DNA of 32,000 bases from Candidatus Saccharimonadota bacterium (GTDB taxonomy: Archaea; Micrarchaeota; Micrarchaeia; Micrarchaeales; Micrarchaeaceae), in NCBI GenBank assembly GCA_021654395.1, contig AP024486.1, forward strand, positions 240,001-272,000. Direction: 5' to 3'. The notes below the pieces were generated by a model that was given only the letters and a program-made list of their open reading frames with translations, was not told where the DNA came from and made no database searches. Made by a program: the position numbers and the translations under genes. Below, piece by piece: positions 24,127 through 32,000 of the stretch (position 1 is its first letter; each line of letters begins with the position of its first letter).

Positions 24127-25275
24127 ATGCTTAAGCTAGAGTTGAGCGGTAACAGCGCGTATAGCTTAGACTTAGAGACATTTAATGAGCTAAAGGAAGC
24201 CTTTATAGGAGCAGTTAATAAAGATAGAGTGTATCTGAAGCCTGAAGAGATAGTATATCTGATGGAAGTTAGAGGTGCAAAGCTTTATAAGGATGGAAGA
24301 GAGCTCGATATAGATCATATACTAAGGCAGTATAGCGATATTAAAAGATTCTATGCAAGATACGCTACATATAAAGACTGGAGGGAGAGAGGCCTTTATG
24401 CACTAACAAGCTACTCTCTAGATAAGACAGTTGGTTATAACATCAAAGAGTATTCAAAGAAGGCTATAGAGCTTCCTAGTGGGGTTATAGAGGTATCTTT
24501 TATAAAAGATGATCTTATATCATTATGCAAGATCAATGAGCTCTCAGAGCTTCTGTACAATGAGCTGTGGTTTGGGCAGTATGGCAACTATAAGGATAGC
24601 AGCTCTGGGATGCTTGTAAAGTATGATATATTTGAGACCTTATATCTGATTGATAAAGGTATAATCAAAGCAAACTATGATAAAGAAGCAATGTATAAGT
24701 CAGCAAGAAGGAGACATAGATTCTTTGATCTTATGTATAATGTTTATGCAGATTGGAGGGATAACGGCTTTGTTGTAAAGTCTGGCTTCAAGTTTGGCTC
24801 TAACTTTAGAATATACTTTCCAGGAATAAAGCCATCCGATAGATCAGATAATAAGATCTCCCACTCTAAGCATGTATTGCATGTATTTCCAGAGAACAGC
24901 AAGCTTTTGACATCAGAGTGGGCCAGAGCTATAAGAGTGGCCCATTCTGTTAAGAAGAGCTTTATACTAGCTATACCGCAGATATCAAAGGTTAAGAGGA
25001 TAGATATAGACTTTGTCTTGTATCATAGAGATAGAGGCTTTACAATGATACCAAATAGAGATAAGGCATCTTATGCGATATACTCACTTGCAGAGGATGA
25101 GTACATTGATGGTAAGCTATTACTATCAATAATAGAGAGAGCTAAGGAGATGAATCTTAATGCATTAATCTCTATAGCAGATAGAGAGTCATCTGTAACT
25201 TACTATAAGCTTAAAGAGATTAGGATAAGTGATAGCAATAATAGATACTTCGAGATAGAATGGATGCAGCCTTAA
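24127..25275 (+). CDS. endA: tRNA-splicing endonuclease EndA, multi-unit (probably three-unit) architecture
   Basis: Catalytic unit: YADWRDNGFVVKSGFKFGSNFRIY ... HSKHVLHV ... RVAHSVKKSFILA (Tyr/His/Lys triad context). A degenerate upstream copy is YATYKDWRERGLYAL. An extra C-terminal partial unit ends in ALISIADRESSVTYYKL. 382 aa is about twice the single-unit enzyme. Confidence 0.85.
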   Translation: MLKLELSGNSAYSLDLETFNELKEAFIGAVNKDRVYLKPEEIVYLMEVRGAKLYKDGRELDIDHILRQYSDIKRFYARYATYKDWRERGLYALTSYSLDKTVGYNIKEYSKKAIELPSGVIEVSFIKDDLISLCKINELSELLYNELWFGQYGNYKDSSSGMLVKYDIFETLYLIDKGIIKANYDKEAMYKSARRRHRFFDLMYNVYADWRDNGFVVKSGFKFGSNFRIYFPGIKPSDRSDNKISHSKHVLHVFPENSKLLTSEWARAIRVAHSVKKSFILAIPQISKVKRIDIDFVLYHRDRGFTMIPNRDKASYAIYSLAEDEYIDGKLLLSIIERAKEMNLNALISIADRESSVTYYKLKEIRISDSNNRYFEIEWMQP

Positions 25276-25339
25276 GATATTTATATCAGCTATGACTTAA
25301 ATATTTATTAAACTGATTTTACTTAAAATCTCACTGAAT

Positions 25340-25414
25340 GGATCCGTAGCTCAGGTTGGTCAGAGCGACTGGCTCTTAACCAGTAGGTCGTGGGTTCAAA
25401 TCCCACCGGATCCG
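25340..25414 (+). tRNA. tRNA-Lys, anticodon CUU
   Basis: GGATCCG TA GCTC AGGTTGGTCA GAGC G ACTGG CTCTTAA CCAGT AGGTC GTGGG TTCAAAT CCCAC CGGATCC G. All stems are Watson-Crick. TATA-like AAATATTTATTA lies ~30 nt upstream. No CCA, no intron. Confidence 0.9.
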
Positions 25415-25824
25415 CTCTTATCATTATTAGTATCTCTCTTGCCTTTCTTAGCATTTGGAAATAGAAGATCTAAATCTTCCTCATTACTGCTGCTTAGCCA
25501 AGCCTTTATATATAGAGTAATATTCTTAAATGTAGTTAAGAATCTTTCTGTAAAGGAGTAGTACTTGTCTTCATACTTTATAAGCCCTATATTTATACCA
25601 AAGTCTAGATAGCGCTTTATAGTTGCTAAAGGTATGTCCTTATTATCAGTAGCTATATCTTTAAGCCTTGCGCTGCCTCTCTTTTTTATACTTTTAAGTA
25701 TAGCTGCAAATCTGTATGCCTCAGTTTCATTATCATAAAAAAGTCTAGCAATTACAGCAACGCTTGGATTCTTAATCTTCTCCCTTAATGCAGCATCCTC
25801 AAACTCCCAGTACTTTATAGCCAT
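25396..25824 (-). CDS. Hypothetical protein, possible winged-helix DNA-binding protein
   Basis: The ARLKDIATDNKDIPLATIKRYLDFGINIGLIKYEDKYYSFT segment looks like HTH plus wing. ATGATgcttATG start context, overlapping the DRG stop region. The 3' end overlaps the tRNA-Lys 3' end on the opposite strand by 19 nt. Confidence 0.35.
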   Translation of the reverse strand: MAIKYWEFEDAALREKIKNPSVAVIARLFYDNETEAYRFAAILKSIKKRGSARLKDIATDNKDIPLATIKRYLDFGINIGLIKYEDKYYSFTERFLTTFKNITLYIKAWLSSSNEEDLDLLFPNAKKGKRDTNNDKSGSGGI

Positions 25825-25829
25825 AAGCA

Positions 25830-26930
25830 TCATCTAACTATAGTTATAATATCTCCATCCTCAAGTACATGCTGTGGACTTACCTTCTGCATACTAAACT
25901 TAACGCTTCTTCCAGTTATATACGCATACCTCATCTCTCTCGCTAGCTCTGAGTGAATCTTCTTCGCGGCATCATAGACTGTCGATCCTTTATCTAGTAT
26001 CATAGGCGTTGGCTCATCCTCTAGCTTTGATCTTGTGTATACTCTAATTATATTAAGATTTCTGAATATGGCCTCTTTTAGCTTATCTATATTTATATCT
26101 TTCATAACGCTTATAGGTATAACCTCTATATTATATCTCTTACTTATCTGATCAGCTATCTCGTTATAGCTCTCATTAAGATCTATCTTATTTAATGCGC
26201 ATATCGCATTTACGTACTTCGCATTGTTATACACTATACTTATAAACTCCTCAGCATCAACAGGATCATTTATTATAACATCTGCATTGTATATACTTAT
26301 GCTCTTGAGTATATATATAATCTCATTCTTGTTAACAGATGCCTTGCCAGTTATATTTATACCTCCGCTGCTCTTCTGCTCTATCTTTATATCTGGCTTC
26401 CTCTTATTTATATAGATATGCATTCTCCTGAGCTCCTCTAATATATTATCTATCTTAGTATAATCGTTTACATCTAGTACTATGCATATTAGATCTGTCG
26501 CTCTTACTGCAGCTAACACTGCCTTTCCGTTTCCTCTACCAGTAGCTGCATTCTCTATTATTCCAGGTAGATCTAAGATCTGTATATGCGCATCCTTGTA
26601 TATAAGCATACCTGGTATAACCTCTGTTGTTGTAAAAGCATACTCTGCAGTCTTTGAATTTACAGAAGTAAGCACATTTATCAATGAAGACTTACCTGCA
26701 CTAGGGAAGCCAACTAACGCTACTGTCTTGTCACCAGTCTTCTTTACAGAGAATCCATAGCTTGTGGAGCCTTGCCTACTAGCCCTCTGTATCTCCTCCT
26801 TAGTCTTTGCTATAAGTCTAGCTATATGATAGTATCCATCTTCGGTAGCTTTATTCTTAACTATCTTCTTCTTTCTCTCCTCTAGATCCTTAAGCTTCTC
26901 AGCTAGCTTCTTAACATGCTCCTTAGACAT
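25830..26930 (-). CDS. DRG-family (Obg/HflX-superfamily) GTPase with C-terminal TGS domain
   Basis: GFSVKKTGDKTVALVGFPSAGKSSLIN (G1), DLPGIIENA (G3), LNKIDL (G4), C-terminal TGS-like ITGRSVKF...VLEDGDIITI. Confidence 0.9.
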   Translation of the reverse strand: MSKEHVKKLAEKLKDLEERKKKIVKNKATEDGYYHIARLIAKTKEEIQRASRQGSTSYGFSVKKTGDKTVALVGFPSAGKSSLINVLTSVNSKTAEYAFTTTEVIPGMLIYKDAHIQILDLPGIIENAATGRGNGKAVLAAVRATDLICIVLDVNDYTKIDNILEELRRMHIYINKRKPDIKIEQKSSGGINITGKASVNKNEIIYILKSISIYNADVIINDPVDAEEFISIVYNNAKYVNAICALNKIDLNESYNEIADQISKRYNIEVIPISVMKDINIDKLKEAIFRNLNIIRVYTRSKLEDEPTPMILDKGSTVYDAAKKIHSELAREMRYAYITGRSVKFSMQKVSPQHVLEDGDIITIVR

Positions 26931-27086
26931 CTATCTTAATATTAGTTCTAAGCATCTTATTAAAAGTATTAACTACACTTTCGAATTTAAGTAGTATAGA
27001 AAGATTTAAATAGATATTCAATAATAACCTATTAATTGATACAAAGTATTAATGTATGTTTATACTTTTTGTAAGTAGGTGATCAT

Positions 27087-28742
27087 ATGGCGGAAGAGAA
27101 TAGATTGAATCCACAATATGTGGTTCTACCTGAGGGCGCAAGTAGAGTATTAGGAAGAGATGCATTAAGGACAAATATAGCAATAGGAGTAGCGGTAGCA
27201 AACATAATAAAGACGACATTAGGACCAAAGGGAATGGACAAGATGCTAATCAGCGATCTAGGAGACATAATAATAACAAATGATGGAGCAACGATACTAA
27301 ATGAGATGAACCTTGAGCATCCAGTAGCAAAGATACTAGTAGAGATAGCAAAGACGCAGGACAAGGAGGTTGGTGATGGAACAACAAGCGTTGTAGTTAT
27401 AGCAGGTAATCTATTAAAGGAGGCAGGAGACTTAATAGAGAAAGGAGTTCATCCAATAAATATAATAGCAGGTTATAAGCTAGCTACGGCGAGAGCATTA
27501 GAGGTACTTAAGGATCTAACAAATAAGATATCAATAGAAGATACAGACAAGCTAGTCAAGGTAGGAATGGTAACTCTAGCATCAAAGAACATAGGAGATG
27601 ATAAAGTAAAGGAGAGATTAGTTAAGGAGGTTATATCCGCTATTAAGCAGGTAATGGAGAAGGTCGATAATAAGATAATAGTAGACAAAGATAGAATAAA
27701 GCTAGAGAAGAAGGTAGGTGGCTCAATAGAAGATACAAAGTACATAAACGGAATTGTTATTGATAAAGAAGTAGCACATCCAAATATGCCTAAGAGAATA
27801 GAGAATGCAAAGATTGCATTGCTAGACTATGCATTAGAGATAAAGAAGACAGAGGCAGAGGAGAGAATAGAGATAACATCTCCAGATCAGATAAAGAAGT
27901 TCTTAGAGCAAGAGCAGGAGATGCTAAAGGAGATGGCAGATAAGCTTAAGGAAGTAGGAGCTAATGTTGTATTCACACAGAAAGGAATAGACGATGTAGC
28001 ACAGCACTTCCTAGCAAAGTATGGAATAATGGCAGTAAGAAGAGTAAAGAAGAGCGATATGGAGGCATTAGCAAGAGCAACAGGTGGAAAGATAGTAACA
28101 ACGATAGATGATCTATCTAAGAACGATCTAGGATTTGCTGGCCTAGTAGAAGAGAGAAAGATAGGAAATGAAGCGATGGTATTTGTAGAGAAGTGCAAGG
28201 ATCCAAAGAGCGTATCAATACTAATAAGGGCAAGCTCACAGCAGGCATTAGATGAGGCAGAGAGAGCATTAACAGATCTAATAGGGGCGCTAACAGCATT
28301 AGTAGAGGATAGAGGAGATGGATATAGCGGATATGTATATGGTGGAGGCGCAACATACTTAGAGATTGCAAGAAAGTTAGAAGAGTATGCAAAGGAGATA
28401 CCAGGAAAGGAGCAGCTAGCAGTTAAGGCGTATGCAAATGCATTGAAATCAATAGCAGCAACATTAGCAGAGAATAGCGGTGCAGACTCAGTAAGCCTAT
28501 TAGTAGAGCTAGAGAATAAGCACACACAGAAGAATGGAGCAGTATACGGAGTAGATGTAGCGAACTCATCAATAGGAAATATGTCAGAGATAGGAGTAAT
28601 AGAGCCAGCAAGAGTAGTTAGACAAGTACTCATAAGCGCAGGAGAGGCAGTAGTAATAATACTAAGAATAGATGATATGATAAGTGCAAAGGGTACAAAG
28701 AGCAGCAGCAGTAACCCATCAGAGAATCCAGAGCCAGAGTAA
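27087..28742 (+). CDS. ths: Thermosome subunit (group II chaperonin)
   Basis: LGPKGMDKML, ITNDGATIL, GDGTTSVVV, VYGGGA and the overall CCT/thermosome layout. Strong SD: AGGTGATCatATG. Confidence 0.97.
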   Translation: MAEENRLNPQYVVLPEGASRVLGRDALRTNIAIGVAVANIIKTTLGPKGMDKMLISDLGDIIITNDGATILNEMNLEHPVAKILVEIAKTQDKEVGDGTTSVVVIAGNLLKEAGDLIEKGVHPINIIAGYKLATARALEVLKDLTNKISIEDTDKLVKVGMVTLASKNIGDDKVKERLVKEVISAIKQVMEKVDNKIIVDKDRIKLEKKVGGSIEDTKYINGIVIDKEVAHPNMPKRIENAKIALLDYALEIKKTEAEERIEITSPDQIKKFLEQEQEMLKEMADKLKEVGANVVFTQKGIDDVAQHFLAKYGIMAVRRVKKSDMEALARATGGKIVTTIDDLSKNDLGFAGLVEERKIGNEAMVFVEKCKDPKSVSILIRASSQQALDEAERALTDLIGALTALVEDRGDGYSGYVYGGGATYLEIARKLEEYAKEIPGKEQLAVKAYANALKSIAATLAENSGADSVSLLVELENKHTQKNGAVYGVDVANSSIGNMSEIGVIEPARVVRQVLISAGEAVVIILRIDDMISAKGTKSSSSNPSENPEPE

Positions 28743-28766
28743 AAGATATAATAAAGATTTTAACTA

Positions 28767-28784
28767 TTTCTTTTTCTAATTTTT
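28767..28784 (+). terminator. Oligo-T tracts downstream of the thermosome gene (possible archaeal terminator)
   Basis: TTTCTTTTTCTAATTTTT: two T5 runs 25-42 nt after the stop. Archaeal termination uses oligo-T signals. adk starts only 12 nt further on, so read-through is equally possible. Confidence 0.3.
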
Positions 28785-28795
28785 ATCTGAATTAT

Positions 28796-29377
28796 ATGTA
28801 TAGAAGAGCCTTACTTCTAGGAATGCAAGGTGTTGGGAAGACCAGCTTAGTAAATGGCATAAAGAAGTATAAGGCAGTTAATATAGGAGACCTTATGTTT
28901 GAGTATCTTAAAGATAAGTACAAGCTCTCTAAAAAGGATGAGCTTAGATACCTTAAAACAGATGCCATAATAGAGGCAAGATTCTATGCGCTAGATAAGA
29001 TAAATGAGATGCAAGAGAATCTAGTTATAGATACACATCTTTACTCTATTAAAGGAGGTTATAGATATATACCAAACTTTAATAAAGAAGAGTTTGATAG
29101 ATTAAAGAATCTGGTTGCAATAATCTATATAGATGCATCTCCAGAAGAGATATATAATAGAAGGTTAAATGATAAGAGCAGACAGAGAGAGGCATCAAGT
29201 GTATACGACATTGCACTAGAGAGAGATATGCATATAGCAATGCTTGCTTCTGTATCTAATATCTCTAGACTGCCTGTCTATATATTACAGAATCATGATA
29301 ATAAGCTAAACGAGAGCATAGAAAGATTAAATAATCTCCTAGAAGAGATATTTAATGATAGTAATGCAAGAGGGTAG
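28796..29377 (+). CDS. adkA: Adenylate kinase, archaeal type (AdkA)
   Basis: P-loop LLLGMQGVGKTS, VIDTH, and the length and layout of the ~195-aa archaeal AdkA family; followed by the DUF106 gene as in the conserved archaeal secY-adk-DUF106 arrangement. Confidence 0.8.
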   Translation: MYRRALLLGMQGVGKTSLVNGIKKYKAVNIGDLMFEYLKDKYKLSKKDELRYLKTDAIIEARFYALDKINEMQENLVIDTHLYSIKGGYRYIPNFNKEEFDRLKNLVAIIYIDASPEEIYNRRLNDKSRQREASSVYDIALERDMHIAMLASVSNISRLPVYILQNHDNKLNESIERLNNLLEEIFNDSNARG

Positions 29378-29780
29378 TCTAGTAATACTTATATTAGGGT
29401 TAGCTTATGTATTATATTCATCATATACTGCATATAAGCTAACAAACTCTAAACGCTATAAGGAGCTTAGAGAGAAGAATATAGCAATATCTAATAGATT
29501 CAAAGGTAAAAGCCAAAGTCAGATAACTCAAGAGGAGTTAAAAGAGTTTATGGATAATTATAAAGAGCTAATGAAAGAGACTTTAAAGTTCCAGTTTAAG
29601 ATGTATCTGCTTATTCTGCCATTATATCTAGCGCTGCAGTACATAGCAATACCATTTATAAGTAAGGCATATGACCTATTACCTTATGCTGCTGGCGAGT
29701 TCTTCTTTATTCTAGTACTAATCTCAGGTCTATCTATAAGTCTGCTATCCGCCTTAATGAGAAGACTAAGAAAAAAGTAA
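29364..29780 (+). CDS. DUF106 / EMC3-TMCO1-like (Oxa1-superfamily insertase-like) membrane protein
   Basis: TM helix, then a charged coiled-coil (KELREKN...QEELKEFMDNYKELMKETLKFQFK), then two TM helices. Conserved position directly after adk. ATGATagtaATG start context. Confidence 0.55.
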   Translation: MQEGSLVILILGLAYVLYSSYTAYKLTNSKRYKELREKNIAISNRFKGKSQSQITQEELKEFMDNYKELMKETLKFQFKMYLLILPLYLALQYIAIPFISKAYDLLPYAAGEFFFILVLISGLSISLLSALMRRLRKK

Positions 29781-29807
29781 ATCTAGATTAGATATTATTA
29801 TAAGCAG

Positions 29808-29882
29808 TTATAGCTCTCCTACTCTCTGCTTTCTTGCTCTAGCTAATCTTCTTCTTCTCTTCTTTAACCACTTCCATCTCAT
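29808..29882 (-). CDS. rpl41e: Ribosomal protein eL41-like micro-gene (24 aa), not in ORF track
   Basis: Hand translation of the minus strand gives [24 protein letters not shown], against the eukaryotic eL41 pattern [25 protein letters not shown]. Its ATG overlaps the TGA stop of the upstream DUF763-like gene (ATGA). Confidence 0.6.
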   Translation of the reverse strand: MRWKWLKKRRRRLARARKQRVGEL

Positions 29883-30994
29883 TCTTCCTTTCTTCTTCCA
29901 TTTTCTTGGTATCGCTCCCAAGCAATCAACCTTCTTTTGTATTCATTATTAACAAGATTAGATATCCTATTAATTATGTTATATTTATTAAGGTTTACCT
30001 CATTCCTGCTCATAGCATCTATAATATCATTAAAAGTGGCTATTAGTTCATCATAGTGCTTGAGGCTTATTCTGTATGGAGTGCCGTCCTTTCCACCGAC
30101 TGTATAAGCATACAAGAATGGATCTCTCTTATAGATCTCATCATCGTATAGCAAAGAAGCCAATAATGCCAATGACCTGACAGTCTTCCTTCCTATTCCT
30201 TTTGCGTCTATAAGCTCCTCTATCCTCTCGATGCCTCTATCAGATAGCTCCATGAGCACTCTTCTTGCATCTGCTGATAGATCTATCTCTTTTATTAGCT
30301 GATGCCTTTTAGGAAATATATGAAATCTGAAAGTATTAATAGTATCTATATCATTATTTATTAGCTCAAGGATCTCCTTCTTTATATTAAGATTCTTATT
30401 AAATGTCAGATCTATGCTTTCATATGAGCTATCTGCATATATGCTTCTGTTTGTCTCGTTTGTTATGTCTTTATTATCTAAGCTACTATCTAGGATCTGA
30501 AATCTTATGGCATAGCTGCTCATCATACCTTGCTGTATAATCCCGAATCTGCCCTCTCTGCTTATAAGCATACTGCTATGGTACATTCCAATATTATCAT
30601 ATACCATAGTTGAGTTTATCTTAAATACTAACCTGTTTATATTTAAGAGCTTACTACTATCAAGATCGAAGCTCTTTGAGATCTCTTCTATATCATTGTT
30701 TATATTCATGGCTGCCTTTCCTTTACCACCAGCAACTCTAAGCTCTTCATTATTAGACAAGCTTCTTTTTATTACGGCAAGCGTTACTGTTGTAGTACCG
30801 CTACTATGCCAGTCGTATCCTAAGGCACATGAAAGCGCTTGCAACCAAAGACTATCTGTTAATCTCTCTATAAGCCAGGAGCTTCCAAAGTTATCTAAGA
30901 TATAAGATACAAGTATATCAGAGAGCCTCTGCATCCTTGATAGTAGCCATCGCGGCGCTTTACCATCATGAAGTGGTAAGCTAGTTATCTCCAT
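29879..30994 (-). CDS. Conserved archaeal protein, DUF763-like, with HhH motif
   Basis: N-terminal [16 protein letters not shown] ... [20 protein letters not shown] resembles the DUF763 family as I recall it. Helix-hairpin-helix-like [21 protein letters not shown] 30994 preferred (ATGcgtataATG). Confidence 0.5.
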   Translation of the reverse strand: MEITSLPLHDGKAPRWLLSRMQRLSDILVSYILDNFGSSWLIERLTDSLWLQALSCALGYDWHSSGTTTVTLAVIKRSLSNNEELRVAGGKGKAAMNINNDIEEISKSFDLDSSKLLNINRLVFKINSTMVYDNIGMYHSSMLISREGRFGIIQQGMMSSYAIRFQILDSSLDNKDITNETNRSIYADSSYESIDLTFNKNLNIKKEILELINNDIDTINTFRFHIFPKRHQLIKEIDLSADARRVLMELSDRGIERIEELIDAKGIGRKTVRSLALLASLLYDDEIYKRDPFLYAYTVGGKDGTPYRISLKHYDELIATFNDIIDAMSRNEVNLNKYNIINRISNLVNNEYKRRLIAWERYQENGRRKEE

Positions 30995-31044
30995 TATACG
31001 CATCTTAATAGATTTATATTATTTAAGCTTCTTAATTACTTTTA

Positions 31045-32000
31045 ATGTTAAGAAAGCTTGTGCTAAAGAACTGGAAGACCCATAAGTATAATGAGATTAC
31101 ATTCAGTAAAGGAGTAAACATAATAATAGGTATAATGGGTGCTGGAAAGAGCTCTGTTCTTGATGCGATATCTTATGCATTATATGGAAGATTTCCTGCT
31201 AGCAATAGAAAGGAGATAAATATAAAGGATGTTATAACTGATAGGCCTATAAAAGAAGACTCTGCATCTGTAGAGCTAGAGTTTGATGTAGGTAATGATA
31301 TATATAAGGTTGTAAGGAGTATAAGCAGATCTGGTAAAGCAGAGGCCACATTATATAAAAATAATAGACTTATACAGACACAGCCCACTAAAGTTACAGA
31401 GGAGATAGAGGCAGCTCTTAAGGTTGATTATGATACATTCTCAAGAGTGATATACGCAGAGCAGAACAAGATGCTATACTTTATAGATATGCAAAAGAGC
31501 GAGAGGAAGAAGCAGATAGATAGTATGATAGGCTTAGATCAGCTATTTACAAGCGAGCAGACTGCAAGAAGTGTATATAACAGCATAAAAGCATTAATAG
31601 AGGATGATATAAAGAATATTAAATCGCTTGATAAGGACAGCTTAAAGAAGAGATTGGATGAGCTGGTTGATAGAATAGAGGAGTTAATAAAGGAGAGAGA
31701 TCAGATATATCAGCAGCTAAAGCTTGTAGAGGAGCAGTTAAGCGTAAAGTCTAAGCAGCTAAACGAGCTTAAGACTAAGAAGAGGCTATATGAGGAGTTA
31801 AGCAGAGAGGTAGATACGCTAAGAGGTAAGATAGAGGGTATCGAGAGTAGCATAAAGCGTTTAGAAGAAGAGAGCTTAGATTCTAGCATTATAGAGGAGC
31901 TCAATAATGCAGTTAAGGAGAGAGATGCTGTAAAGAGAGAATTAGATAGTATAAGCAGGGAGCTAGATTCAATAAAGAGCATCAAGATAAATATAGAAAG
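31045..32000 (+). CDS. rad50: Rad50/SMC-like ATPase, N-terminal part (3' partial, runs off window end); not in ORF track
   Basis: Hand translation from ATG 31045: MLRKLVLKNWKTHKYNEITFSKGVNIIIGIMGAGKSSVLDAISYALYG (Rad50-type Walker A head), then YAEQNKM and a long heptad-rich coiled coil, open to nt 32000. Confidence 0.7.
   Translation, partial: MLRKLVLKNWKTHKYNEITFSKGVNIIIGIMGAGKSSVLDAISYALYGRFPASNRKEINIKDVITDRPIKEDSASVELEFDVGNDIYKVVRSISRSGKAEATLYKNNRLIQTQPTKVTEEIEAALKVDYDTFSRVIYAEQNKMLYFIDMQKSERKKQIDSMIGLDQLFTSEQTARSVYNSIKALIEDDIKNIKSLDKDSLKKRLDELVDRIEELIKERDQIYQQLKLVEEQLSVKSKQLNELKTKKRLYEELSREVDTLRGKIEGIESSIKRLEEESLDSSIIEELNNAVKERDAVKRELDSISRELDSIKSIKINIE

Noticed and set aside
27887-28633. 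248-aa ORF antisense to the thermosome gene, plus nested antisense ORFs at 28117-28392, 28423-28611, 27473-27745 and 27083-27364
   Set aside because: It lies entirely inside an unambiguous thermosome CDS. The translation is low-complexity (Ser/Phe/Ile/Leu-rich) with no motifs. The purine-rich GAR/AAR/AGA codon usage of the sense strand naturally removes stop codons from the antisense frames.
31173-31985. Minus-strand ORFs 31173-31388 and 31710-31985
   Set aside because: Both are antisense to the hand-translated Rad50-like ORF (Walker A head plus coiled coil), which is open from 31045 to the window end. The ORF track lacks that gene, presumably only because it has no stop inside the window.
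1-32000. CRISPR arrays, IS elements, integrases next to the three tRNA genes, prophage or plasmid modules
   Set aside because: I saw no regularly spaced direct repeats, no transposase or integrase-like ORFs, and no duplicated tRNA 3' fragments (att-like). All tRNA flanks are occupied by housekeeping genes.

Overview
AT-rich archaeal chromosomal window (about one-third G+C by eye; AGA Arg and ATA Ile codons dominate). It is densely packed with housekeeping genes on both strands. I found no CRISPR array, IS element, integrase or prophage signature. Content: a partial helicase-nuclease at the left edge; a small metabolic pair (unknown metalloenzyme-like protein plus FAD-linked oxidase); a geranylgeranyl reductase; a surface/glycosylation group (GT4 glycosyltransferase, a class-III-signal-peptide pilin-like LamG protein, and two separate pieces of an AglB/STT3 oligosaccharyltransferase); SRP54; a kaiC-like/kaiC-like/thioredoxin operon; the 5' part of the large ribosomal protein cluster (uL3-uL4-uL23-uL2-uS19-uL22-uS3); Pcc1, a Brix-like protein and eL15; RadA-Dph5; tRNA splicing endonuclease; a DRG GTPase; thermosome; archaeal adenylate kinase plus a DUF106 insertase-like protein; a DUF763-like protein; and the 5' part of a Rad50-like ATPase running off the right edge. 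Three tRNAs are present: Ile-UAU, Gly-CCC and Lys-CUU. Two micro-ORFs missing from the ORF track are proposed: a eL41-like 24-codon gene and a weaker 21-codon basic ORF. The gene set, small proteins and multi-unit EndA suggest a reduced-genome (DPANN/ARMAN-like) archaeon, but that is inference only. Most notable observations: (1) a stand-alone single-repeat TBP; (2) an AglB/STT3 apparently split into a TM core without WWDYG and a separately encoded WWDYG domain; (3) a tRNA-Ile with a UAU anticodon; (4) a pervasive RTGAT-N3-5-ATG Shine-Dalgarno arrangement, which means many ORF-track starts are 9 nt too early; (5) two GC-rich palindromes/hairpins in otherwise very AT-rich promoter regions. All homology calls come from reading motifs by eye; no database search was run.
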